Assembly: GCA_963790205.1 (NCBI GenBank)
Contig: CAWBNQ010000001.1
Coordinates: forward strand, 384,001 to 448,000
Source of the DNA: Nitrospirota bacterium
GTDB taxonomy: Bacteria; Nitrospirota; UBA9217
DNA: 64,000 nt
Direction: 5' to 3'
Shown: piece by piece, positions 28,054-36,564 of the stretch
How the letters are laid out: each line of letters begins with the position of its first letter
Numbering within the stretch: position 1 is the stretch's first letter
Position numbers and translations under genes: made by a program
The notes under the pieces: model-generated
Told to the model about the DNA's origin: nothing
The model's database searches: none
The model's input: the letters and a program-made list of their open reading frames with translations, nothing else

Positions 28054-30034
28054 TTTGCTGGGCAGGAAACTGCAGAGCCGCGACGCGGAGGAGCGGCGGG
28101 AGGCGGCTATTGACCTCGGCCGCGCCGGCCGCGCCGCCGTGCCTCTCCTGTTCCGCGCCATGAGCGATGCCGACTGGCGCGTCCGAAAGACGGCAGTCGA
28201 GGCGCTCGTCGCCGTCGGCGGCACCGAGGTTATTGAGGGCCTGGTCCGGCAGCTTTCGTCGCACGATAATGCCGGTGCGCGGAACTCGGCCATTGAAGCG
28301 CTCGTTCACATCGGCGCAGAGGCCGTGGACGGGCTGCTGGCATCGCTGGCTACGCCGGACCCGGACGTGCGGAAATTTATCGTCGACATCCTCGGCGATA
28401 TCAGGGACCCGCGCGCCGTGCCGCCCCTGATCAACAGGCTGGAAGACCCTGACGAGAACATCCGCGTGGCCTCGGCCGAGGCCCTCGGAAAGATCAAGGA
28501 CCGGCGCGCTGTGGACGCCCTGCTGGGCTGCCTCACGCGCAACGACCAGGGCTGGCTCGACTACGCCGCCGCCGAGGCCTTGGGCGAGCTCGGCGACGAA
28601 CGCGCCCTCGGTCCGCTTCTTGCGGCGCTCGGCAGGAGCAGTCTCCGGGAGCCGGTGCTCGACTCGCTCGGGAAGATCGGAAATGTCAATACTCTTGCGC
28701 CGCTCATCTCGGGGCTTGCCGATCCGCTCAGGATCGTGCGCGAAGTCTCGATGGTGGCGCTCACCGCGATCCATCGGAAGAGCACCCCGGCGGACCGGGG
28801 GAAAATGGTCCAGGCCGTGCGCGCGGGCATGAGCGAACGCGCCGTCGATTTTCTCGAAGAGATGCTGCAGGCGAGCGCAGGGGAACTTCAGAAGGCGGCC
28901 ATCGCAGGCCTCGGCTGGGCCGGCAGAGAGAGGTCCATTCAGAAGCTGCTTGCGCTTCTTCAGGAGGAAGATATGGAGGAGCCCATGGTCCAGGCGCTCG
29001 AAACCATCGACGGCAACCATGTGCCGGTCCTCTTCGGGTATCTATCGGACGAGAACGCACTTGTACGGCGCACCGTGGCCCGCGTGCTGGGCAATACCGG
29101 CCGGCGTGAAGCCGAGGACCCGCTGATTCGGCTGCTTTCCGATGAAAACGGGCACGTGCGGAGTACTGCGGTAGAGGCTCTTGGGCAGTTGCGAAGCAAA
29201 AAGGCGGTTGCCGTGCTTCTCAAACTACTCACCGATGAGTATGAAAGCGTGCAGGAGTCGGCAATCCGCGCGCTCGCTGAGATCGGCGACGAGTCCGTGC
29301 TCGACAGCCTGGTAAAGGATTTTACGTCCCGCGATGCGCATATGCGGAAGAATATCGCGCTCCTGCTCGGAAAGTTTTCGAGCGGCAAAGCGGCCGACGC
29401 GCTCGCCTTTGCGCTCAAAGACGAAGAGCCGGAAGTAAGAAAGGCCGCGGTGCAGGCGCTTGGTAATCTCCCGGGGGGAGACAGGACGAACCGATCGCTT
29501 ATGCTGGCCGTTGCAGACGACGATCCCGAAGTGCGCATGCTTGCCGCTGAAGCGTTCGGCAAGGCAAGAAGACCGGATGCAGTCGAAGCGCTCATATCCC
29601 TGCTCGAGGACCACGACCTCTGGGTCCGGGCCGCGGCGGCGCGGAGCCTGGGGAGGGCTGGCGGTGAGCGGGTGAGCGCGGCGCTTGCGGCACACCTCGA
29701 TGCGGCATCCGATATCTTTCTCCTTGCCCTTGTCGAGGTGCTGGGCAGGCTCAAGGCCGAAGAGGCCCTTGCGCCCCTCCTGAAACTCGCCGACCATGAC
29801 GATCCGGAGGTGCGGAAGACGGTGCTTGCGGCGCTTGCCGGGTTCCGCTGGGAGGCCGTGCAGCGGACGGTCATCGCGCGGCTCTCAGACCCGCACTGGA
29901 GCGTTAGGAAAGCGGCGATCGAGGTCCTGAAGCAAAAACAAGACGCGGCAGCGGGACCTCTCCTGGAGCGGATCGCCGAGAGTGACCCGGACGGAACCGT
30001 GCGCCATGCGGCGAAGGAAGCGCTGGGAAAATAA
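28040..30034 (+). CDS. HEAT/PBS-lyase repeat protein
   Basis: Many L.D.D..VR..A..ALG repeats; ATG at 28040 overlaps the cheW end. Confidence 0.9.
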   Translation: MPNLDLLGRKLQSRDAEERREAAIDLGRAGRAAVPLLFRAMSDADWRVRKTAVEALVAVGGTEVIEGLVRQLSSHDNAGARNSAIEALVHIGAEAVDGLLASLATPDPDVRKFIVDILGDIRDPRAVPPLINRLEDPDENIRVASAEALGKIKDRRAVDALLGCLTRNDQGWLDYAAAEALGELGDERALGPLLAALGRSSLREPVLDSLGKIGNVNTLAPLISGLADPLRIVREVSMVALTAIHRKSTPADRGKMVQAVRAGMSERAVDFLEEMLQASAGELQKAAIAGLGWAGRERSIQKLLALLQEEDMEEPMVQALETIDGNHVPVLFGYLSDENALVRRTVARVLGNTGRREAEDPLIRLLSDENGHVRSTAVEALGQLRSKKAVAVLLKLLTDEYESVQESAIRALAEIGDESVLDSLVKDFTSRDAHMRKNIALLLGKFSSGKAADALAFALKDEEPEVRKAAVQALGNLPGGDRTNRSLMLAVADDDPEVRMLAAEAFGKARRPDAVEALISLLEDHDLWVRAAAARSLGRAGGERVSAALAAHLDAASDIFLLALVEVLGRLKAEEALAPLLKLADHDDPEVRKTVLAALAGFRWEAVQRTVIARLSDPHWSVRKAAIEVLKQKQDAAAGPLLERIAESDPDGTVRHAAKEALGK

Positions 30035-30913
30035 ATGTTTGAAGAACAGATCATTCCGCTGCCGGATGATGTTTTCAGGCTCCTCCGGGACTTCATCCAC
30101 GGCTATTGCGGCATCTTTTTTGACGACGGTTCCAAGTTCCTTCTGGAACGAAGGTTGTCGCGCCGGCTTGAGCAGCACCGCCTCAAGAGCTTCGAGGAGT
30201 ACTACCACTTTCTTCGCTACGACCGGAAGCGGGAAGAGGAACTCACCGTTCTCGTCGACAACCTGACTACGAACGAGACCTACTTTTTCCGGGAAAGCCC
30301 CCAGCTTCGCGCCTTTTCCGCGGAAATCCTCCCCGAGCTGCGCCAGACCCTTGCCGACCGGAAGACGCTCCGGATCTGGAGCGCCGGCTGCTCCACCGGA
30401 GAGGAACCCTATACCATCGCCATCCTGCTGCTCGAATCGGGCGAATGGTGGCGTGACTGGCAAGTGGAGATCCTCGGCAGCGACATCAACCAGCGGGTGC
30501 TGCACACGGCGCGCAAGGGAGTGTATAAAAAGAGCGCCCACCGCGCGACCAGCCCGGAGATGCTGTCGAAATATTTCATCGAAGAGGAAAAAGGAAATTA
30601 CCGGATCATCGATACGGTGCGCGAGCTGGTATCGTTCAGTTCCCTGAACCTCCTCGATCCTTATAAGACCAGCCTGATCAGCAACGTGGACGTTATCTTC
30701 TGCAGGAATGTCATCATTTATTTCGACAAAGAAGCAAAGAAAAAAGTGATCTCCAGTTTTCACGATAAGCTCCGCGAGGGCGGCTATCTGCTCCTCGGGC
30801 ATTCGGAATCATTGATCAATATCTCGAACGCCTTTCTGCTGCGCACACTCAAGAACGACATGGTGTACCAGAAGCCGCTCAGGGAGAAAATTGAAATTTC
30901 AAATTTCAAATAA
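30035..30913 (+). CDS. cheR: Chemotaxis methyltransferase CheR
   Basis: TTNETYFFRE, IWSAGCSTGEEPY, IFCRNVIIYFD, LLLGHSE. Confidence 0.96.
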   Translation: MFEEQIIPLPDDVFRLLRDFIHGYCGIFFDDGSKFLLERRLSRRLEQHRLKSFEEYYHFLRYDRKREEELTVLVDNLTTNETYFFRESPQLRAFSAEILPELRQTLADRKTLRIWSAGCSTGEEPYTIAILLLESGEWWRDWQVEILGSDINQRVLHTARKGVYKKSAHRATSPEMLSKYFIEEEKGNYRIIDTVRELVSFSSLNLLDPYKTSLISNVDVIFCRNVIIYFDKEAKKKVISSFHDKLREGGYLLLGHSESLINISNAFLLRTLKNDMVYQKPLREKIEISNFK

Positions 30914-30997
30914 CAAAGCCCGAATAAATTCTCAGTTCAAAGTACTAATGTCCGATCCGATCGAAATTCAGCGTTTAGGCTTTTATCCGGGAGCTTT
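30894..30997. repeat. Heptamer array overlapping the cheR C-terminus
   Basis: AAATTTC AAATTTC AAATAAC AAAGCCC GAATAAA; same family as 13048-13173; right arm degenerate. Confidence 0.7.
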
Positions 30998-31001
30998 CTA
31001 G

Positions 31002-32078
31002 GTGAAAAAGATCAAGGCATTGATTGTTGACGATTCCGCGTACAACCGCATGGCCATTGCGCAGATGCTTGCCAGCGACGCGGGGATCGAGGTCGTCGGG
31101 AGCGCCCACGACGGCGTCGATGCCATTGCGAAAACACTCCGCCTCGCTCCGGATGTGATCACGCTCGACCTCGAGATGCCGAATATGGACGGCTTCACCT
31201 TCCTGCGGTGGCTCATGAAGGAACGGCCGACCCCGGTGCTCGTACTTTCGTCGCGCTCCGACAGCCGCAGCGTCTTCCGCGCCCTGGAGCTTGGGGCCGT
31301 CGATTTCCTGGCCAAGCCCGAGGCCCGCATCTCCAAGAGCATCGAGAGCGTCCGGAGCGAGCTGGTGGCCAAGGTCCAGTCGATTTTGAACCTGGAGATG
31401 TCGAAGGTCAAGTCCGCCATCGCGCTTCTCACCGTTGAAAAAAAGGCGCCCTTGCCGCGCAAGGAGGACGATGCCCGGTTCGAGAAGAGCCCGATCGAGG
31501 TGGTGGCCATCGCCTCGTCTACCGGCGGGCCGCCCGCGATCCAGGCCATCCTCACCTCCCTTCCCGCGGATTTCGGCGCAGCCATCGTGATCTCACAGCA
31601 CATGCCCGCAGGGTTCACCCGGAGTTTTGCCGAGCGGCTGAACAAGCTTTCTCCTCTCGTGGTGAGTGAAGCCGCCGCCGGGGACCGGCTGGCCCCCGGC
31701 ACGGCGCTGATCGCACCGGGAGGATATCACCTGATCGTAAGGAGGGACCGCACGGGCCTGGTCGCCGAGCTTGCTCCGCGGAGCCCCTCTGACAAATATG
31801 TGCCGTCCGCCGACCGGATGATGATCTCCGTGGCCGAGGCCTGCGGGGCCGCAGCGCTGGGCGTCGTTCTCACGGGTATGGGCAGGGACGGCTCCGAAGG
31901 CGCGGATGCCATCAAGAAAAGAAAAGGACAGTGTCTGGCTGAGAGCGAGGAAAGCGCGGTCGTCTTCGGCATGCCGCAGGAAGCCATACGCACCGGAGCC
32001 GTGGACAGCGTATTGCCGCTCAATAAAATGGCCGAAGAGATAGCGTTGCGCTGCCGTACAGCCAAAAACAGCGCCTGA
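31002..32078 (+). CDS. cheB: Chemotaxis response regulator methylesterase CheB
   Basis: Receiver + ASSTGGP, QHMP, LTGMGRDG. Confidence 0.96.
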   Translation: MKKIKALIVDDSAYNRMAIAQMLASDAGIEVVGSAHDGVDAIAKTLRLAPDVITLDLEMPNMDGFTFLRWLMKERPTPVLVLSSRSDSRSVFRALELGAVDFLAKPEARISKSIESVRSELVAKVQSILNLEMSKVKSAIALLTVEKKAPLPRKEDDARFEKSPIEVVAIASSTGGPPAIQAILTSLPADFGAAIVISQHMPAGFTRSFAERLNKLSPLVVSEAAAGDRLAPGTALIAPGGYHLIVRRDRTGLVAELAPRSPSDKYVPSADRMMISVAEACGAAALGVVLTGMGRDGSEGADAIKKRKGQCLAESEESAVVFGMPQEAIRTGAVDSVLPLNKMAEEIALRCRTAKNSA

Positions 32079-32088
32079 GAATTCGGCC

Positions 32089-32117
32089 TTGATAATTTTT
32101 TAATACTTGACTATAAT
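32089..32117 (+). promoter_or_regulatory. Putative internal sigma70 promoter for GAF-cheY
   Basis: TTGATA-17 nt-TATAAT. Confidence 0.6.
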
Positions 32118-32255
32118 GGGACCAATTGTTTCGATAGCCGGCGGTCGCTTGTACCCTCAGCGGGCACACCCGCAGCAGGAGCCCGGACCGGGGGATCATC
32201 TTTCTCCGGAGCGCCGTGAGCAGAAGCAACGGTTCAAAGCCGCATCGAGGAGGTC

Positions 32256-33089
32256 GTGATGGACAAGGAAACAGCGCCTATCTCCAAAAAAGTCGAAGAG
32301 TTTCTCCAGGTCTTCAAAAAGGGCGAGGAGTTTACCCAGGAGCTTCTGAAAGAGAACGAGAAGCTCCGATACCGGGTGGCCCAGCTTGAGGAACTCACGA
32401 AACTGTCCGGCAAGGAAGGCGACTTCAAGCTGCATTCCATGGAAGAACGAATCAGGCTCCTCGAGGACGAGAACAAGAACCTTCTTGATCGCTTCCATCT
32501 GGTGGAAGAGGAGAACAAGGATTTTGCCAACCGCTATGTGGAAGTAGAGGCGGAGAACAACAACCTGGCGAACCTGTACGTTGCCAGCTATCAGCTCCAC
32601 TCGACCCTGGACTTCAACGAATCACTCAAGATCATCCTCGAGATCGTCATGAACCTGATCGGGGCCGAGGAGTTCTCGATCATGATGCTCGATGAAAAGA
32701 CCAACGAGCTTACGATCGTGGCCCAGGAGGGCATGGGACCCGAGGCCAGGGCCAGCGTAAAACTCGCCGAGGGCATCATCGGCAAAGCCGCCAAGGCGGG
32801 TGAGGCGTATTACCGAGACGGCGACCCCACGGACCTGACGGGCATCGATTACCTCCACCCGATCGTCTGCATTCCCTTAAAGATCAAAGAGCACGTGATC
32901 GGCGTGATTGCGATATACAAATTGCTGGTCCAGAAACAGGCGTTCACGAACGTCGACTACGAATTGTTCTCGATGCTGGCCGGCCATGCGGCCACGGCGC
33001 TCTTTTCATCGAAGCTCTATTCGCAGTCCGAACGAAAGCTTACCACGATCCAGAGCTTCCTTGATCTGTTGAAAGAAAAACAAAACTGA
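32256..33089 (+). CDS. Coiled-coil + GAF domain protein
   Basis: N-terminal coiled coil; LANLYVASYQLHSTLDF; CIPLKIKEHVIGVIAIY; GHAATAL. Confidence 0.85.
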   Translation: MMDKETAPISKKVEEFLQVFKKGEEFTQELLKENEKLRYRVAQLEELTKLSGKEGDFKLHSMEERIRLLEDENKNLLDRFHLVEEENKDFANRYVEVEAENNNLANLYVASYQLHSTLDFNESLKIILEIVMNLIGAEEFSIMMLDEKTNELTIVAQEGMGPEARASVKLAEGIIGKAAKAGEAYYRDGDPTDLTGIDYLHPIVCIPLKIKEHVIGVIAIYKLLVQKQAFTNVDYELFSMLAGHAATALFSSKLYSQSERKLTTIQSFLDLLKEKQN

Positions 33090-33222
33090 AGACATCGTTG
33101 ACTCGCAGATGGCCGAACGGTGGCGTCTCTCGGCGTAACGGTTTAAAATTTAAAAATAAAAACGTAGATCTGGTAAAAATCCCGTCCAAGGGATCCCCGG
33201 CACTGCTTTAGGATTTTGGTAA

Positions 33223-33254
33223 ATCCGTCTTTATCTGTGCTCATCCGTGGTTAA
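33223..33254. repeat. Decamer tandem array (ATCYGTGYTC-like), single arm
   Basis: ATCCGTCTTT ATCTGTGCTC ATCCGTGGTT AA. Confidence 0.65.
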
Positions 33255-33285
33255 ATGCTTTTTTGAGGATAAACGGAGGTTTGAA

Positions 33286-33666
33286 ATGCCCGAATACAAT
33301 TTTCTGGTGGTTGAAGATTCCCCGACGATGAGGCAGCTCATATCGTTCGCCCTGAAGCGGATTCCGGGGAGTAAGATTGTCGAAGCCAATGACGGTATCG
33401 ACGCCCTCAAGAAGCTCTCGACCCAGAAGTTTGACATTATCCTGACCGACATCAATATGCCTATCATGGACGGCCTGAAGCTCGTGTCCATGGTGAGGAA
33501 CGACCCGGCGCATAAAACCATACCGATCATCATTATTACGACCGAAGGGGCGGAAGAAGACCGGAAGCGCGGCCTCGCCCTCGGCGCGAACGCCTATGTA
33601 CCCAAGCCCATCCAGACGGCCGACCTCCTGAATATCGTTAATCAGATTTTGGGGAGCAAAAGCTAG
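33286..33666 (+). CDS. cheY: CheY-like response regulator
   Basis: GGAGG RBS; VED, DINMP, TT, KPI. Confidence 0.92.
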   Translation: MPEYNFLVVEDSPTMRQLISFALKRIPGSKIVEANDGIDALKKLSTQKFDIILTDINMPIMDGLKLVSMVRNDPAHKTIPIIIITTEGAEEDRKRGLALGANAYVPKPIQTADLLNIVNQILGSKS

Positions 33667-33997
33667 CAGGCGTAGTATTGACCACAGGCAAGCGAAGGAC
33701 GAGAAACGAAACAGTTTCCCGTCCTTTTTTATGGCGCTTAAAACCCGGTGAGGGCGAAATGGATGAATCGCCCAGATTGAGTCTTAAAATACCTGATCGA
33801 CAGGGCGAGTTGAAACAGCTCGCCCTTTTTTTCAAAACGAACCGCCATTGCCATGAAGTTAATAAGAGGAGCAAGTTTTGCACAGATACTCAGAGCGCCG
33901 GCAAGGTCGAGCAGGAACCCTCCCGTTGGCCCTCGATGCATTGAGATTAGTCCAAGAAGGAAAAGAGAGAGGTGGTTATCAAGGTATCGCTACGCGT

Positions 33998-35104
33998 TTA
34001 TGGTTTGGCTGAGGAGGCAGAACCCGGCGTCAGCCGTTCCCTGAGCTGGCCGCAGGCCGCTGAAATGTCCCTGCCGCGCGACTCCCGCACCAACGCGGTA
34101 TAGTGGTGGTCAGTCAGGATTTTCTTGAAGCGCTGCACCACGTTGTCATCGGGCCGTTTGAACTCGCTCCCCGGAAAGGGATTAAAGGGGATGAGGTTCA
34201 CCTTGCACTGTATGCCTCTCAGCAGCTTCGCAAGGCGAAGGGCGTCCGCCTCCGAATCATTTACCTCCCGCAGTATTACGTATTCAAACGTGATTTTTCT
34301 TCTGTCATCGAGGGGATAGCGCCTGCAGGCAGCGAGCAGTTCCTTTATGGGATAACGCCTGTTCACCGGCATGATCCTGTCCCTCACCTCATCCGTCGTC
34401 GCGTTCAGGGACACCGCAAGATTTACCTTCATTCCTGATCTTCCCAGCTTTTCAATTTCCGGCACAAGTCCATCGGTCGAAAGGGTAACTCTGCGGGGCG
34501 AAAACCCCGGTCCTTTATCCGCGGTAATGATGAGCAAAGCGTTAAGCACCTGGTCGAAGTTTGCGAGGGGCTCTCCCATGCCCATGAGCACGATGTTCGT
34601 GATGTGCCTGAATCGCCCGTAGGAGGACCCTTTGTCCGCCGCCGCGGCTGGTTCCGCTGCAAGCATTTTTTCCACTGCCAAAACCTGGTCCGCGATCTCG
34701 AATGCTTCGAGATTTCTCAGGAACCCCCCGCCTCCGGTGAGACAGAACCGGCACGCCTGGGCGCAGCCCACCTGCGATGAAATGCAGAGCGTGTTCCGGT
34801 CCTCGTCGGGAATCAGGACGCTCTCTATGGTATGTTCGTCTTCAAGCTCAAAAAGGAACTTCCTCGTACCGTCAACGGAACATTCGGTTTTAAGCGCTCG
34901 AAGATGCGAAATATAAAAGCGCTCAGCAAGCAGTAAGCGCTCGGCCTTCGCGATGTTCGTCATCTCGTCAAACGACTCCGCGTGATGACCGTATATCCAC
35001 TCGAACACCTGCAGGGCGCGATATTTTTTGAGACCCATGCCGACGATCTGTTCCTCAAGTTTGCCGGGTATCAATGTTTTTATGTTCTGTCGGATACTGT
35101 TCAT
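33998..35104 (-). CDS. rlmN: 23S rRNA (A2503-C2)/tRNA methyltransferase RlmN
   Basis: TLCISSQVGCAQACRFC radical-SAM motif, MGMGEP, VNLIPFNP, AACGQL. Confidence 0.96.
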   Translation of the reverse strand: MNSIRQNIKTLIPGKLEEQIVGMGLKKYRALQVFEWIYGHHAESFDEMTNIAKAERLLLAERFYISHLRALKTECSVDGTRKFLFELEDEHTIESVLIPDEDRNTLCISSQVGCAQACRFCLTGGGGFLRNLEAFEIADQVLAVEKMLAAEPAAAADKGSSYGRFRHITNIVLMGMGEPLANFDQVLNALLIITADKGPGFSPRRVTLSTDGLVPEIEKLGRSGMKVNLAVSLNATTDEVRDRIMPVNRRYPIKELLAACRRYPLDDRRKITFEYVILREVNDSEADALRLAKLLRGIQCKVNLIPFNPFPGSEFKRPDDNVVQRFKKILTDHHYTALVRESRGRDISAACGQLRERLTPGSASSAKP

Positions 35105-35157
35105 GGAGAAAAAACGTCCTTGAGCCTTCGGCTCACACAGGAGCATGATAATTTCAT

Positions 35158-35200
35158 CCTCACTTTAGTCCTCTCCCGCCGGGGAGATGGCAGGGGTGAG
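35158..35200. repeat. REP-like palindrome CCTCAC...CTCTCCC-NNNN-GGGAGA...GGGGTGAG
   Basis: Direct reading; preceded by TGAGCC-TTC-GGCTCA hairpin at 35121-35135. Confidence 0.6.
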
Positions 35201-35361
35201 AGACATTTGCAGGTGAAAGCCTGCCTACAGGAGTGCATAACAGGTGCGTAACAGTATCACCTTTAATCAACAAAAGCAAGACCGCCAAAATTTGACATCC
35301 CGCAATATATAATCGTATGATTTCCGGACAGTTCCCTGCCGGCGCGTGAAACCATAAAAAA

Positions 35362-35408
35362 TAACCTTTTGATTTATAAGTCTTAATAACCTGGGAATAA
35401 CTTTTGCA
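35362..35408 (+). promoter_or_regulatory. IHF-like site plus weak sigma54-like GG-N10-GC upstream of cheY
   Basis: TAACCTTTTGATT (YAA-N4-TTGATW) at 35362-35374; GGAATAACTTTTGCA at 35394-35408. Confidence 0.4.
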
Positions 35409-35512
35409 CTCTACTAATCCTTAGGCTCAAGATTTTTTTAATTCCCTGCTTCAATACCAGAAAAATTATTTATTGATATGAACGATAAAGAAAAAAGAGG
35501 AGAGTGCGCCAT

Positions 35513-35878
35513 ATGATTAAAACGTTCCTTGTTGTGGACGATTCCGCCTCTATGCGTCAGCTGATAATGTTTGCCATGCAAGATGCCGGATACGATGTTC
35601 TGCCCGCGGAAAACGGCAAAGACGCCCTCGATAAGCTGAGCAGCACGAAGGTCGACATGGTGATAACCGACCTCAATATGCCCGACATGGATGGCATCGA
35701 ACTGATAACGCATCTCCGGGGCTTGCCTGCTTATAAGTTCGTCCCCATCATTATGCTGACCACGGAGGCGCAGGAAGAAAAAAAGAGGCAGGGTAAGGCG
35801 GCCGGAGCGAGCGGCTGGATCGTGAAGCCCTTTACGTCGGAACAGCTGCTCAATGTGGTTAGGAAGTTTCTTAAATGA
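35513..35878 (+). CDS. cheY: CheY
   Basis: VDDSASMR, DLNMPDMDG, LTTE, GWIVKPF. Confidence 0.93.
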   Translation: MIKTFLVVDDSASMRQLIMFAMQDAGYDVLPAENGKDALDKLSSTKVDMVITDLNMPDMDGIELITHLRGLPAYKFVPIIMLTTEAQEEKKRQGKAAGASGWIVKPFTSEQLLNVVRKFLK

Positions 35879-35970
35879 TAAAAGCCCAATTGAACCAAAC
35901 ATGCCTATTATTGGCTGTCATTTTTCCGTCACTGTCGTGTTTTCAATCAGCAAAAAGCCTGGTTTATGCA

Positions 35971-36025
35971 CAACATATTGATTTATAGATAATGGTATAT
36001 CGTAATTTATGGTACGCAAGTTGCA
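35971..36025 (+). promoter_or_regulatory. Sigma54 promoter with upstream IHF site
   Basis: TGGTACGCAAGTTGCA at 36010-36025 matches TGGYACG-N4-TTGCW; CAACATATTGATT at 35971-35983 matches the IHF consensus. Confidence 0.7.
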
Positions 36026-36172
36026 AACTCTCTTACACATTAGCTGGCAAGATCTTCTTTAACGTATTGATACTTCTCGTCTCCTTCACAAAACAGTACG
36101 ACAGCGCGGGTAACCGCAAAAGAACAGGTATTTTCGAGCACGAGTTGTTCAATCTTTGTCTGAGAGGATATC

Positions 36173-36517
36173 ATGGATATTACCTTTCGTGATCAACAAT
36201 CAGGGAAACAAGCGAACATAACACTGGACGGAAATCTTACGGTGGGCCAGGCAGAAGGGCTGCGGACTCTTCTGATCAAGGCCCTCATCGACGCCGAAGA
36301 GGTACGGGTGGATTTCGGGACCGTTACTGACGTCGATCTATCCTGTCTCCAGCTGCTGTGCTCTGCCCACCGCTCCGCGAGCCGCATGAAAAGAAGCATT
36401 TCCTTATCCGGCGACTGGCCGGAACTGTTTAAACAGATCGTGGAAGAGGCAGGTTATTCACGCCTTGCCGGCTGCCGTCTGGATGTTGACCACAGCTGTC
36501 TTTGGGTAAGAGGATGA
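36173..36517 (+). CDS. STAS domain protein
   Basis: LDGNLTV, VTDVDLSCLQLLCSAHR; Cys-containing C-terminal tail. Confidence 0.85.
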   Translation: MDITFRDQQSGKQANITLDGNLTVGQAEGLRTLLIKALIDAEEVRVDFGTVTDVDLSCLQLLCSAHRSASRMKRSISLSGDWPELFKQIVEEAGYSRLAGCRLDVDHSCLWVRG

Positions 36518-36564
36518 GCGATACCCCCCGCACGGGGTCAACAACTTGAGAGGGGAAGGAACCT

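Noticed and set aside
33678..33944. 88-aa ORF after cheY (faint ACT-like LSLKIPDRQGEL)
   Set aside because: The similarity is too short and the rest is unrecognisable; at most a gene remnant.
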